Positions 18,213-33,798 of a stretch of DNA of 64,000 nucleotides are shown piece by piece. The stretch lies in assembly GCF_051105105.1 (NCBI RefSeq), contig NZ_CP185339.1; one strand, written 5' to 3'. The first letter of the stretch is position 1, and the number at the start of each line of letters is the position of its first letter. Position numbers and translations under genes: made by a program. The notes beneath the pieces were generated by a model that was given only the letters and a program-made list of their open reading frames with translations, searched no databases and was not told the DNA's origin. Source of the stretch: Nannocystis pusilla. GTDB lineage: Bacteria; Myxococcota_A; Polyangia; Nannocystales; Nannocystaceae.

Positions 18213-18280
18213 AGGGATAAGATAGTTGCTTTTGTGCAGGAGACAAGGTGGTTAAGGATAAAATATTATCTATTATCCGA
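18213..18280 (-). promoter_or_regulatory. AT-rich palindromic operator/promoter island upstream of hipBA
   Basis: GGGATAAGATAG (18215-18225) and the 23-bp palindrome GGATAAAATATTATCTATTATCC (18256-18278), within a local AT island in a very GC-rich genome, immediately 5' of hipB. Resembles HipB operator half-sites (TATCC/GGATA). Confidence 0.45.
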
Positions 18281-18290
18281 GCGGCGGAGC

Positions 18291-18328
18291 GCGACAAAGC
18301 CCGCCGCCTCGAGTGAGGGAGCGGGCTT
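18291..18328 (-). terminator. putative intrinsic terminator after pntB
   Basis: Inverted repeat AAGCCCGC...GCGGGCTT. On the minus strand it is followed by TTTGTC, just 3' of the pntB stop (18350). The T-tract is weak. Confidence 0.35.
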
Positions 18329-18349
18329 GGCGGGGTGCCAGGTGCCAGC

Positions 18350-19762
18350 TCAGCCGCGGAGCTTGCCGAGCAGGGCGTCGACGTTCTTCTTGGCGTCGCC
18401 GTAGAGCATGCGGGTGTTCTCTTTGTAGAAGAGCGGGTTGTCGACGCCGGCGTAGCCGACGCCCTTGCCGCGCTTCATGACGATCACCGTCTTGGCCTTC
18501 CACACCTCGATCACGGGCATGCCGGCGATCGGGCTGGAGGGGTCGTCCTGGGCGCCGGGGTTGACGATGTCGTTGGCGCCGATGACCAGCACGAGGTCGG
18601 TGTTCGGGCAGTCGTGGTTGATCTCGTCCATCTCGAGGACGATGTCGTAGGGCACGTTGGCCTCGGCCAGCAGCACGTTCATGTGGCCGGGCAGGCGGCC
18701 CGCGACCGGGTGGATGGCGAAGCGGAAGTTGGCGCCCGCCTTGCGCAGGATCTTGGCGATCTCGGCCACCGGGTGCTGCGCCTGCGCGACCGCCATGCCG
18801 TAGCCGGGGACGACCATGATGTTGCGAGCGGAGCGCATCAGCTCGACGGTGCCGTCGAGGTCGATCTCGCGGCACTCGCCGACCGGCTGGGCCGCCGCGC
18901 CCTTCGGCGCCGGGGCGCCGCCGTCGGAGCCGAAGCCGCCGGCGATGACGCTGAGGAACGAGCGGTTCATCGCCCGGCACATGATGTACGAGAGGATCGC
19001 GCCGCTGCTGCCGACCAGCGCGCCGGTGACGATCAGGAGGTCGTTGCTCAGCATGAAGCCGGCGGCCGCGGCGGCCCAGCCGGAGTAGCTGTTGAGCATC
19101 GACACCACGACGGGCATGTCGGCGCCGCCGATGGCCATGACCATGTGCACGCCGATCACGCTGGCGATGCCGGTCATGATGAGCAGCGGGGTGAGTCCGT
19201 GGTGCGGGTCGGCCAGGAACTGGTAGCCGAGGAACACGCAGCCGAGCACCATCGCCAGGTTGAGCAGGTGGCGGCCGGGCAGGGTCAGCGGCTTGCCGCC
19301 GATGCTGCCGCGCAGCTTGAGGAAGGCGATGATCGAGCCGGTGAAGGTGATCGCGCCGATGAACACGCCGATGTAGACCTCGACGTTGTGGACCGTGTCG
19401 GCGTGGCTCGCGGCGCCGAGGTACGACGACAGGCCGACCAGCACCGCGGCGGCCCCGACGAAGCTGTGCAGCACCGCGACGAGCTCGGGCATCGCCGTCA
19501 TGGCCACGCGCGCGGCCAGGACGGCGCCGATCAGCGCGCCGGGGACGATGGCGGCCGCGAGGATGGCGAAGCCGCTGCCGCTGATGTTCATCAGCTTGTC
19601 GGCGTTCATGCCGACGGCGGTGGCGACGACCGCGAGCAGCATGCCGATGATGCCGTAGAGGTTGCCGCGGCGGGCGGTGTCCTGGCGCGAGAGACCGCCG
19701 AGGCTGAGGATGAACAGCGCGCTGGCGGCGATGTAGATGACGGTGAGGAGGCTGTACGACAT
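18350..19762 (-). CDS. pntB: NAD(P) transhydrogenase subunit beta
   Basis: Multi-TM N-terminus plus the NADP(H)-binding dIII domain ([15 protein letters not shown]...GANDIVNP...VIVMKRG). Confidence 0.9.
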   Translation of the reverse strand: MSYSLLTVIYIAASALFILSLGGLSRQDTARRGNLYGIIGMLLAVVATAVGMNADKLMNISGSGFAILAAAIVPGALIGAVLAARVAMTAMPELVAVLHSFVGAAAVLVGLSSYLGAASHADTVHNVEVYIGVFIGAITFTGSIIAFLKLRGSIGGKPLTLPGRHLLNLAMVLGCVFLGYQFLADPHHGLTPLLIMTGIASVIGVHMVMAIGGADMPVVVSMLNSYSGWAAAAAGFMLSNDLLIVTGALVGSSGAILSYIMCRAMNRSFLSVIAGGFGSDGGAPAPKGAAAQPVGECREIDLDGTVELMRSARNIMVVPGYGMAVAQAQHPVAEIAKILRKAGANFRFAIHPVAGRLPGHMNVLLAEANVPYDIVLEMDEINHDCPNTDLVLVIGANDIVNPGAQDDPSSPIAGMPVIEVWKAKTVIVMKRGKGVGYAGVDNPLFYKENTRMLYGDAKKNVDALLGKLRG

Positions 19763-19780
19763 CGTGGTGGTCCCCGCCGC

Positions 19781-21379
19781 TTACTTGCGGAACATCTTCA
19801 GCATGCGCTGGGTGACGAGGAAGCCGCCGGCGACGTTGATCATCGCCAGCAAGATGGCGGCCGCGCCGAGCAGGGTCGCCGCCGAGGTCGGGGCGCCCGA
19901 GATCTGCAGCATGCCGCCGATGATGATGATGCCGCTGATCGCGTTGGTGACGCTCATCAGCGGGGTGTGCAGCGCCGGCGAGACGCTCCAGACGACCTGG
20001 TAGCCGATGAAGCAGGCCAGCACGAACACGGTGAAGTGGCTGAGGAAGCTCGACTTGTCGTCGACGCCGAGGCCGATGCCGACCAGCGCGAGGCCGGCGA
20101 GCACGAGCGGCCACGGGCTCGACTCTCCCGCGGGCGGACCGTGACCGTGGCCGTGGCTCTTCGGCGGCGGCGACGAGGGGCGCGGCGGCTCGGGTGCGGC
20201 AGCGACCGGCGCGGCGGGCTTGGGCGCGGCGGCGGCAGGGGCGGGCGCCTGCGCAGGCGCGGCAGGCCGCGGCGGGGGCCACTTGAGCTCGCCCTGGTGG
20301 GTGATGAGGCAGCCGCGCACGACCTCGTCGTTCTCGTCGATGCGGAAGCCCGCGGCCTTGCCCATGTCGTCGAGCAGGTGGCACAGGTTGGTGCCGTAGA
20401 GCTGGCTCGACTGCGCGGCCATGCGGCTCGGCAGGTCGGTGTACCCGATGATCGTGACGCCGGCGTGGACGACCTTCTCGCCGGGCGAGGTCAGCTCGCA
20501 GTTACCACCTGTCTCGGCGGCCAGGTCGACGATGACCGAGCCGGGCTTCATGCGCTCGACCATGTCGCGCAAGATCAGCTTGGGCGCCGGCTTGCCGGGG
20601 ATCAGCGCGGTCGTGACGATGATGTCGACCTCCTCCGCCTGGCGGCGGAACAGATCCATCTCGGCGGCGATGAAGGCCGGGCTCATCTCCTTGGCGTAGC
20701 CGCCGACGCCGGTGCCGTCCTCGTGGAAGTCGAGCTCGAGGAACTCGGCGCCCATGCTCTCGACCTGCTCCTTGACGACGGGGCGGGTGTCGAAGGCGCG
20801 GACGATCGCACCGAGGCCGCGGCCGACGCCGATGACGGCGAGGCCGGCCACACCGGCGCCGATGACCAGCAGCTTGGCCGGCGGGACCTTGCCGGCGGCG
20901 GTGATCTGGCCGGTGAAGAAGCGGCCGAACACGTTGGCGGCCTCGATGACGGCGCGGTAACCGGAGATGTTGCCCATCGACGACAGGGCGTCGAGCTTCT
21001 GCGCGCGGGAGATCCGCGGCACCGCGTCCATGCCGAGCACGGTGACGCCGCGGCTGCGCAGGCGCTCGACCAGGTCGGGGTTCTGCGCCGGCCAGATGAA
21101 GCTGATGAGCACCTGGCCCTCGCGCGCGAGGTCGGCCTCGAAGCTGCTCGGCGGGCGGACCTTGAGGACGATGTCGACCTGTCCCCAGAGACCTTCGGCA
21201 TCGGCCGCGATCCCGCAACCGACGCTGGCGTAGGCGTCGTCGCCGAACTCGGCGGCCGCGCCGGCGCCAGACTCGACCACCACGGAGAAGCCCTGGCTCT
21301 GCAGGCGCTTGGCGGTGTCAGGGGTGGCAGCCACCCGGCGCTCGCCCGGGTAGATCTCCTTCGGAATGCCGATCTTCAT
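19781..21379 (-). CDS. pntA: NAD(P) transhydrogenase subunit alpha (dI domain fused to membrane dII-alpha part)
   Basis: MKIGIPKEIYPGERRVAATP...LVIGAGVAGLAA Rossmann-like dI domain, then a Pro/Ala linker and the TM region. 18 nt upstream of pntB. Confidence 0.9.
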   Translation of the reverse strand: MKIGIPKEIYPGERRVAATPDTAKRLQSQGFSVVVESGAGAAAEFGDDAYASVGCGIAADAEGLWGQVDIVLKVRPPSSFEADLAREGQVLISFIWPAQNPDLVERLRSRGVTVLGMDAVPRISRAQKLDALSSMGNISGYRAVIEAANVFGRFFTGQITAAGKVPPAKLLVIGAGVAGLAVIGVGRGLGAIVRAFDTRPVVKEQVESMGAEFLELDFHEDGTGVGGYAKEMSPAFIAAEMDLFRRQAEEVDIIVTTALIPGKPAPKLILRDMVERMKPGSVIVDLAAETGGNCELTSPGEKVVHAGVTIIGYTDLPSRMAAQSSQLYGTNLCHLLDDMGKAAGFRIDENDEVVRGCLITHQGELKWPPPRPAAPAQAPAPAAAAPKPAAPVAAAPEPPRPSSPPPKSHGHGHGPPAGESSPWPLVLAGLALVGIGLGVDDKSSFLSHFTVFVLACFIGYQVVWSVSPALHTPLMSVTNAISGIIIIGGMLQISGAPTSAATLLGAAAILLAMINVAGGFLVTQRMLKMFRK

Positions 21380-21575
21380 AGCTTTGAAGGCGTGCGAGGC
21401 GGACCTGGCGAGGCCGCGGCAGCCGGCCCGAGAGATATCACGAGGTCGTTCGCGGCTCTAGCCGTTTCCTCGCGGGAGTTCGGCAAATCAGCCGCGCGGC
21501 GGCCGACCGCAGGCGTGTGAGCTTGAGCGGGCCCACGGCCGCACGACCTCGCCTCGGCGGGCGCTAGCCTCGGCC

Positions 21576-22060
<485 letters not shown>

Positions 22061-22064
<4 letters not shown>

Positions 22065-22669
22065 GCGAGGCGCGAGTCGAGCGGTTCGCGGGGGCGGCAG
22101 GAGAGCTGCGCGGGCCGCTCGGGCGGGCGTTCTGCGACAACCCCGGGATGGTCGCCACGCTCGGCGACGAGCGCCCGCGGCGGCTGGCGCGGGCGACCCG
22201 GTTGATGGGCGGGCTGTCCGGGATGGCGCTGGCGAGCGGGACGGTCGAGGTGGTCCGCGCGGGCGGCAGAGTGGCGGCGGCGAGCCTGTCCTACGGGCCA
22301 GATCAGAAGCCGCGCGGGCGAGCGCTGCTGCCGATGTACCTCGCGGGCCTCAGCACCGGCCCGCGCGCGCTGGTCCGGCTATTGCGGCTCGACGAGTTCC
22401 TGCGCACGCACCACCCGCGCGCGCCGCACTTCTTCCTCGCGGTGCTGGGGGTCGAGCCGGAGCTGCAGGGGCGCCAGCTCGGCTCGGCGCTGCTGCGCGC
22501 GCTGTCGGCCCGCGCCGACGCGGCCAGGCTGCCGTGCTACCTCGAGACCGACCGCGAGCCGGCCAAGCGCCTTTACATGCGCCACGGCTACGAGGTCGTC
22601 GGCGAGCACGACCTGACAAACCTCGGCGGGGTGCGGTTCTGGCGGATGGAGCGGCCGCCGCGTCGGTGA
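22061..22669 (+). CDS. GNAT-family N-acetyltransferase
   Basis: GTG at 22061 overlaps the moaC stop (GTGA). Acetyl-CoA-binding region [13 protein letters not shown]...[22 protein letters not shown]-track 21803..22669. An alternative start is Met at about 22147. Confidence 0.55.
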
Positions 22670-22723
22670 CTCGTCACGGACGCGGCGAGCGAGCGCAGGT
22701 CGCCGATAGGGCGATGAAGCCCG

Positions 22724-24583
<1,860 letters not shown>

Positions 24584-24770
24584 GATGAAATTCTCCTGGC
24601 GAGAGGGGGCCGTGAGAGGGGAGTACCCCGAGCGGGCCCGATTGAGTCCCCGGAGGGCCTTCGAGGCAGCTCGGGCCGCGCGAGGCGCGAGCGAGCCCCG
24701 TACGCGCGAAGGGGGCCTCGCGCTTCCGCGGGGCCCCCTTTGGGGTATCACGAGCCGCCGCGGCGGTCGA

Positions 24771-26366
24771 TTACTTGGCCGGGGCGGGCGCGGGCGCCGG
24801 CGCGGCACCTGCGGCCGCGAGGGCGTGGTTGGCGGCGCAGAAGGTGGTGTCCTTCTCGAGGCACTTGAGGTCGGTGTCGTAGTGGACGATCGTGGCGTCG
24901 GGCAGCGCGTCCTTGATCTGCGGCTCGGCCTTGTCGGCGCGGCCGACGACGACCACGACCGGCACGTCGTTCATGAACTTGCGCGCCATGGTCTTCATGT
25001 CGGCGATCTGGGCCTTGCGGACCTCGTCGCGGTAGGTCTTGTAGTAGTCGCTCGGCAGGCCGTAGGTGAGGATAGTGCGCACGCGGCCGGCGACCTGATC
25101 GGCGGTCTCGATGCTCAGCGGGAAGCTGCCGATCGCCTCGCGCGTCACGTCCTCGAACTCCTTGGTCGTGACGTCGGTGTCGCGCATCTTCGTGATGTGG
25201 CCGAAGATGGCCTTGAGCATCTCGCCGGTGGTGGCGGTCTTGGTCTTGGTCCAGATCCGCCAGGTGCCCGGAGCGACGCCCGGCTCCATCTTGGTGTAGA
25301 TGCCGTAGGTGAGGCCCTTCTCCTCGCGGACGTCGAGGAACAGGCGCCCGGTCGAGCCGCCGCCGAGGATGTCGGAGGCGAGGTCGAGCTTGATCCAGTC
25401 GGGGTTCTTGCGCGCGAGCGCGAGGTTGCCGACGCGGATGTCGGACTGGGCCGAACCTGGCCGATTGACCAGGTGGACGATCAGCTTGGGCGGGTGCTTG
25501 TAGGCCTTGAAGCCGTTCAGCGGGTTGGCCGGGGCCTGGCCCTCGATCGGCTTCCACTTGGCGAACACCTCGTTGCCGAGCTTCTCCGCCTCGGGCACGG
25601 TGATGTCGCCCGAGAGGATCAGGTAGCTGTTGTTCGAGCGGTAGAAGGTGTCGTGGAACTTCTTGACCGCGTCGACGGTGACGGCGTCGATCTGCGCCTC
25701 GGTCGGCAGCGGGCGCCCGTACGGGTGGCCGGACGGGTAGGCGACCATGTCGAACAGCTGGTCGGCGAGGACGTTGGAGTTCGACTTCATCGCCTTGAGG
25801 TTGGTCTTGGCCTTGTCCTTCAGCTTGTCGAGCGCGGCCGGCGGGAACGCCGGGTTCATGACCTCGTCGGCCATCAGCGTCAGCGCCAGCTTGACGTCGC
25901 GCTTGAGCACCTGCGTGTACACGCTGGTGTCGTGGACGCCGGCGCCCGCGCCGAGGCTGCCGCCGACGAACTCGATCTCCTCGTCGATCTTGGCCTTGGT
26001 GCGGGACTTGGTGCCCTCGCCGAGCATGTTGGCCGTCATCTCGGCCAGCTGCTCGTCGTCCATGGTGCCGGCCTTGATCACGAGCTGGGCCGTGACCAGC
26101 GGGACCTCGTGGTTCTCGACGACGTAGATCTCGAGGCCGTTCTTGGTCTGGATCTTCTGCAGGTCGGGGAACTGGACCTCACGCGGCTCGGTCGGCGGCG
26201 GCGGATCCTGGTAGACCCGCGCGGGCTTGTCGGCGACCGGCGGCGCCTCGACCGGCTTGGTGTCGGTCGGCGGCGTGGTCTCGCCCTTGGGCTTGCCGCA
26301 GCCGGGGGCGGCGAGAGCGGCGACGACGAGGGCAGTGGCGAAGGAATTCGTGGTGCGCGTAAACAT
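24771..26366 (-). CDS. M16-family peptidase, non-catalytic type (no HxxEH), lipoprotein
   Basis: AAPGCG lipobox. M16 fold without the zinc motif. Paired with the upstream active M16 gene. Confidence 0.75.
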   Translation of the reverse strand: MFTRTTNSFATALVVAALAAPGCGKPKGETTPPTDTKPVEAPPVADKPARVYQDPPPPTEPREVQFPDLQKIQTKNGLEIYVVENHEVPLVTAQLVIKAGTMDDEQLAEMTANMLGEGTKSRTKAKIDEEIEFVGGSLGAGAGVHDTSVYTQVLKRDVKLALTLMADEVMNPAFPPAALDKLKDKAKTNLKAMKSNSNVLADQLFDMVAYPSGHPYGRPLPTEAQIDAVTVDAVKKFHDTFYRSNNSYLILSGDITVPEAEKLGNEVFAKWKPIEGQAPANPLNGFKAYKHPPKLIVHLVNRPGSAQSDIRVGNLALARKNPDWIKLDLASDILGGGSTGRLFLDVREEKGLTYGIYTKMEPGVAPGTWRIWTKTKTATTGEMLKAIFGHITKMRDTDVTTKEFEDVTREAIGSFPLSIETADQVAGRVRTILTYGLPSDYYKTYRDEVRKAQIADMKTMARKFMNDVPVVVVVGRADKAEPQIKDALPDATIVHYDTDLKCLEKDTTFCAANHALAAAGAAPAPAPAPAK

Positions 26367-26399
26367 GGTCGTTGGCTCCTGTCCTTGAGGTCAGCGCTG

Positions 26400-27863
26400 T
26401 CAGCCGGGGCCCATCATCGGCGCGCCGGTCGAACCGGGGTTGATCTCGAGGGTCAGCCAGTTGGCGCCCAGGTACTCGGTGGCGACCCGCTTGATGTCGG
26501 CGGGCTTGACCTGCTGGTACTTCTCCAGGTCGGTGAGGATGTGCTTGGGGTCGTTGTGGAACAGGGCGCCCTGGGCGATCTCGCCGGCGCGGCCGGCGTT
26601 GGTGGCCAGCGTCTCGACCGTGTCCATGACCTTCTTGTTGATCGCCTTCTGCAGCTCCTTGGCGGTGATGCCGCTCTTCTGGATCTTGGCGACCTCGTCG
26701 CGCACGACCTGCTTGATCGCGTCGAACTTGACGTCCTTGTTGGGCAGGGCCTGGATGAACACCAGGCCGACGTCGCGCTGGGCGAAGTGGGTGCCGCCGC
26801 TGAAGGCGGTCAGCTTCTTCTCGTCCTGCAGGATCTTCGGGATGCGCGCCGACTCGCCGACCAGCAGGATGTTGCCGAGCAGGTCGAGGGCGTAGCGGTC
26901 GGGGTGGTCGGCGCCGACGGTGTGCCAGCCGAGCAGGAACAGCGACTGCTGGGCCAGCGGGTCCTCGACGACGGTCTCCAGCGGCTTGCTGCGGTCGACC
27001 TGGCCGATCGCGGTGGGCGTGCGATCCGGGCCCTTCTTGATGTCGCCGAAGTACTTCTCGACCTTGGTCTTGAGGTCACCGAACTCAACGTCGCCGACGA
27101 ACACCAGCACCGCGTTGTTGGGCGCGTAGTACTTGTCGAAGAACGCCTGCACGTCGGGGGTCTTGGCGGCGTTGAGGTCCTCGAGGCTGCCGATGACCTC
27201 GTGGCCGTAACCGGTGCCGGCCCACGCGGCCGACAGCCACTTCTGCACGGCGGCCGAGTACGGCACGTTGTCCATGCGCATGGCCTTTTCTTCCTTCACG
27301 GCCGAGCGCTGGTTCTCGAAGTTGGCGTCGGTGATCTCGAGCGAGCGCAGACGATCGGCCTCCAGCCACAACCCGAGCTCGAGGTACTGGCTCGGCAGGT
27401 TGTTGTAGTAGAGCGTCATGTCGTAGCTGGTGCCGGCGTTGTTGTTGCCGCCGACGCGCTGCACGAAGGTGAGGTGGCCCATCGGCGGCACGTTCTTGCT
27501 GCCCTCGAACATCATGTGCTCGAACAGGTGGGCGAAGCCGGTGCGGCCCTGGACCTCGTCGCGCGAGCCGACGTCGTACAGCAGCGTCATGTTGAAGGCC
27601 GGGGTCGAGTGGTCCTCGACCACGTAGACGCGCAGGCCGTTGGCGAGCGAGAACTCCTGGATCGGCAGGTCGAAGCCGAGACCGCCCTTGGCCGGCTTCT
27701 TGGCCGCGGTCTTGGCAGGCGCAGGATCCGCCGCCGGCGCGGCGTCAGCGGCGATCGGCGAGATCGACAGGCCGCCGCAGAGGGTGAACAGGGCGAGGGT
27801 GCGTCCGGCGCGGCCGGCGAGGGCTCGGCGCGATCGTCCGTGAGACTTCAGCGTGGGCGACAT
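26400..27863 (-). CDS. M16-family zinc peptidase (active-site HxxEH present)
   Basis: HLFEHMMFEG inverzincin motif. Signal peptide starting at Met 27863 (MSPTLKS...LALFTLCGG). ORF-track 26400..27992. Confidence 0.8.
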   Translation of the reverse strand: MSPTLKSHGRSRRALAGRAGRTLALFTLCGGLSISPIAADAAPAADPAPAKTAAKKPAKGGLGFDLPIQEFSLANGLRVYVVEDHSTPAFNMTLLYDVGSRDEVQGRTGFAHLFEHMMFEGSKNVPPMGHLTFVQRVGGNNNAGTSYDMTLYYNNLPSQYLELGLWLEADRLRSLEITDANFENQRSAVKEEKAMRMDNVPYSAAVQKWLSAAWAGTGYGHEVIGSLEDLNAAKTPDVQAFFDKYYAPNNAVLVFVGDVEFGDLKTKVEKYFGDIKKGPDRTPTAIGQVDRSKPLETVVEDPLAQQSLFLLGWHTVGADHPDRYALDLLGNILLVGESARIPKILQDEKKLTAFSGGTHFAQRDVGLVFIQALPNKDVKFDAIKQVVRDEVAKIQKSGITAKELQKAINKKVMDTVETLATNAGRAGEIAQGALFHNDPKHILTDLEKYQQVKPADIKRVATEYLGANWLTLEINPGSTGAPMMGPG

Positions 27864-28200
27864 GGGAATTGGTCGTCTCCTGCGAGGCCCGCAACCTAGC
27901 ACACGGGTAAAGGTGGCTGTGGGACAAAGCGGGACCCTCGCACGGGCCCGAGACCCACAAACCCACCCGACTTGTGCCCCGCTCCCGAGCAAGAGAACTC
28001 ACGAGATTCGCGGGGCGTCCGCGACGCGAGACCGGGCCTCGGACCCCCAATTCACCGCACCATCCGCCGGGCCCTCGGACCAGGTCGTCAGGGGCAGGCG
28101 CAGGAGGCGCCCGGGCCAGGCGCCGCCACGAGCCGCCGCCGTGTGACCCGTCCGACGTGGGCTCAGCGCCCGGATGTCGGGTTCGGCGCCGGTAGGACGG

Positions 28201-28230
28201 TTGACAGCGCCTTTGGGCTAATCCTATAAA
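28201..28230 (+). promoter_or_regulatory. near-consensus sigma-70-type promoter (TTGACA-N18-TATAAA) upstream of tRNA-Gln/prs
   Basis: TTGACA at 28201-28206 and TATAAA at 28225-28230, 18-nt spacer, about 100 nt upstream of the tRNA. Confidence 0.5.
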
Positions 28231-28334
28231 GCGCGCGCCCTGGGGGGCGTTCCTGCGATCCCCAGAGTACGGGCAATTCTCTCGATCCGGTCCTTCGGGA
28301 CCTGCAGGGCCCGGCCGCACCGGGCCGAACATTC

Positions 28335-28406
28335 TGGGGCGTCGGCAAGTGGTAAGCCAGCGGTTTTTGGTTCCGCCATTCGTAGGTTCGAATCCTACCG
28401 CCCCAA
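28335..28406 (+). tRNA. tRNA-Gln (anticodon TTG); CCA not encoded
   Basis: Manual fold: acceptor TGGGGCG/CGCCCCA (U1-A72 as in E. coli tRNA-Gln); D-arm GGC-AAGTGGTAA-GCC; anticodon arm GCGGT-TTTTGGT-TCCGC (anticodon TTG, U33 present, U31-U39 mismatch); variable loop CATTC; T-arm GTAGG-TTCGAAT-CCTAC; discriminator A. Confidence 0.8.
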
Positions 28407-28440
28407 TTCTCTCCGCTGACCTTCGACCGAGGACGCGCGC

Positions 28441-29388
<948 letters not shown>

Positions 29389-29508
29389 CGCAGGCCGACG
29401 AGCACGACCTCTGCCCAACCGGCGGCGAGCCCGATGGTGTGGCTCCCACCCGGCGGCGAGACAGGGATCCCGAACAGGGGACCCGACAAGAGAAGCGAGA
29501 CAATCACC

Positions 29509-30201
29509 ATGAATCAGCAACGCGAAATCACGGTCCAGGTCCGCACGGGCACCGGCAAGGGCGCCGCCCACAAGCTCCGCGCGGCCGGCAAGATCCCGGG
29601 CGTGATCTACGGCCACGGCGGTGAGCACCTGTCGGTCGCCATCGATCCGCTGGTCCTGCGCAAGGCCGTCGATCCGGCCCGCAAGCGCAACACCTGGTTT
29701 GCCGTGCGCGTCCAGGAAGAGGGCAAGGCCGACCGCGTCGAGTCGTGCATCATCGTCGACCGCCAGCTCGACCTGGTCCGCGACAACGTCCTGCACGTCG
29801 ACTTCCTGCGCGTCGACCCGAACCGCGAGCTCGAGGTCAAGCTGCCGCTCGAGTTCTCGGGCCGCGCGGCCGGCGTGGCCGTCGGCGGTACGCTGAAGAC
29901 GATGGCCCGGCAGATCCGCGTGGCCGTCAAGCCGGGCGACATCCCGACCAGCTTCGTCGTCGACGTGACGCCGCTCGAGGGCGGGCAGACGCTGCGCGTG
30001 CGCGACGTGAAGTTCCCGGAGGGCCGCCTGCTCGACAACCCGAACATCCCGCTCGTCCTCGTCGAGGCCGCCAAGGCCAAGAAGGAAGAGGGCGCGGAGG
30101 CTGCGGGCGGCAAGAAGCCGGCCGCGGGCAAGGCTGCTCCGGCCAAGGCCGCTCCGGCCAAGGCGGCCGCCGCTCCGGCGAAGGACGCCAAGAAGAAGTG
30201 A
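29509..30201 (+). CDS. rplY: 50S ribosomal protein L25 / general stress protein Ctc
   Basis: Internal ATG at 29509 (MNQQREITVQVRTGTGKGAAHKLRAAGKIPGVIYG). Lys/Ala-rich C-terminal tail. ORF-track 29434..30201. Confidence 0.85.
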   Translation: MNQQREITVQVRTGTGKGAAHKLRAAGKIPGVIYGHGGEHLSVAIDPLVLRKAVDPARKRNTWFAVRVQEEGKADRVESCIIVDRQLDLVRDNVLHVDFLRVDPNRELEVKLPLEFSGRAAGVAVGGTLKTMARQIRVAVKPGDIPTSFVVDVTPLEGGQTLRVRDVKFPEGRLLDNPNIPLVLVEAAKAKKEEGAEAAGGKKPAAGKAAPAKAAPAKAAAAPAKDAKKK

Positions 30202-30233
30202 GCCTCCACCGCCGATGTTGAGGGCGCGCGCAG

Positions 30234-30812
30234 ATGGCCGACCAGGCGCCATGGCTCCTCGTGGGCCTCGGGAACCCCGGGGCCCGGTACGCGCGCACGC
30301 GCCACAACATCGGCTTCATGGCGGTCGACGCCTGGTGCGACAAGGCCACGAGCTCGCCGAGCTGGTCCGAGAAGTGGAAGGCGCAGGTCGCCACCATCGG
30401 CACCGGCTCTTCGCGCGTCGTGGCCTTGAAGCCGCAGACCTTCATGAACCGGTCCGGCCAGAGCGTCGTCCCGGCCGCTCAGTTCCTGCGCGTGCCGCCG
30501 GCGCAGATCCTCGTCGTCCACGACGAGGTCGACTTCCAGCTCGGTCGCCTCGCAGTGAAGAAGGGCGGGGGTCACGGGGGGCACAATGGCCTGCGTGACA
30601 TCCTGCAGCTGCTCGGCAACGGCGACTTCCTGCGGATCCGCCTCGGCGTCGGCAGGCCCGTGCACGGCGAGGTCGCCGATCACGTGCTGTCCGACTTCCG
30701 GCCCGACGAGGGCCAGGTCGTCGACGACCTGCTCGAACGCGCCGTGGCGGCGATCACCTGCGTGACCCGCGACGGCGTGGTCGCGGCGATGAACAAGTTC
30801 AACACCACCTGA
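30234..30812 (+). CDS. pth: peptidyl-tRNA hydrolase
   Basis: LLVGLGNPG...RHNIGFMAVD...MNRSGQSV...HNGLRDI motifs. Confidence 0.9.
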   Translation: MADQAPWLLVGLGNPGARYARTRHNIGFMAVDAWCDKATSSPSWSEKWKAQVATIGTGSSRVVALKPQTFMNRSGQSVVPAAQFLRVPPAQILVVHDEVDFQLGRLAVKKGGGHGGHNGLRDILQLLGNGDFLRIRLGVGRPVHGEVADHVLSDFRPDEGQVVDDLLERAVAAITCVTRDGVVAAMNKFNTT

Positions 30813-30881
30813 CCCTGGCGCTTCGCCAGCTCTCCCATCTCAGTTCCCGGCCCCTTCGGGCCCGAGTAAAGGACTCCCCCC

Positions 30882-33101
<2,220 letters not shown>

Positions 33102-33153
33102 TTTAGGCCCCGCGGCCCCCTTGCAGGGGGACGCGTTCGGGGGTACACCTCGC

Positions 33154-33194
33154 GGCCCGTCCGGATGTTCCGGGCGGGCCGTTCGCTTTTTGTC
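33154..33194 (+). terminator. intrinsic terminator downstream of hppA
   Basis: Hairpin GGCCCGTCCGG-ATGTT-CCGGGCGGGCC followed by TTCGCTTTTTGTC. A second hairpin CCCCC-TTGCA-GGGGG lies at 33116-33130. Confidence 0.5.
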
Positions 33195-33294
33195 CCGACA
33201 GCCATCCGGCTGATGGGGCGGCGAACGGCGAGGCCCTCCGGGGCCTTCTCCTTGCTCCCGTGGTGGGGGCCAGCAAGTCCACAAGGAGACTTAC

Positions 33295-33795
33295 ATGTCC
33301 GAGAACACAGTCGGCCAGGTCGTCTCGGTCCAGTCGCGCAAGGGTACGAAGCGCGAGTACGAGACCGTCATCATCCTTCGGCCCAACGTCAACAAGACCG
33401 GGATCCTCGAGCTCGTCAACAAGATGCAGGGCGTGTTCGAGAAGTACGGCGCCCGCCTGATCAAGATCGAGAACTGGGGCAGCCGCACGCTGGCCTTCCC
33501 GATCAAGCGCTCGCCGACCGGCATCTACCTCTACTGGCGCTTCCTCGGCGGCTCCGACATCGTCCACGAGTTCGAGCGCAACCTGCAGATCGCGGAGTCC
33601 GTGCTCCGCTACTACACCGTGCGGGTCGAGGACGACGTCGACCCCGACGCGCGGCCCTCGGAGATGACCGAGGACCTGCTGCAGGCGGTGGCCGAGCCGC
33701 CGCCCGAGCCGGAGCCGCAGCCGGAGCCGGTGCGCGAGGAAGAGGACCGTTTCGTCTCGGACGACGACGGGGACGACGAGGAGAGGAGGCGCTAA
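33295..33795 (+). CDS. rpsF: 30S ribosomal protein S6 (long acidic C-terminal tail)
   Basis: AAGGAG RBS. S6 fold (YETVIILRP...). Glu/Asp/Pro-rich tail. Confidence 0.9.
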   Translation: MSENTVGQVVSVQSRKGTKREYETVIILRPNVNKTGILELVNKMQGVFEKYGARLIKIENWGSRTLAFPIKRSPTGIYLYWRFLGGSDIVHEFERNLQIAESVLRYYTVRVEDDVDPDARPSEMTEDLLQAVAEPPPEPEPQPEPVREEEDRFVSDDDGDDEERRR

Positions 33796-33798
33796 GCC

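Noticed and set aside
28237-28334. A second tRNA or small RNA gene in the leader between the promoter and tRNA-Gln
   Set aside because: Hairpins are present, but no cloverleaf can be folded. The stretch is more likely a processed leader.
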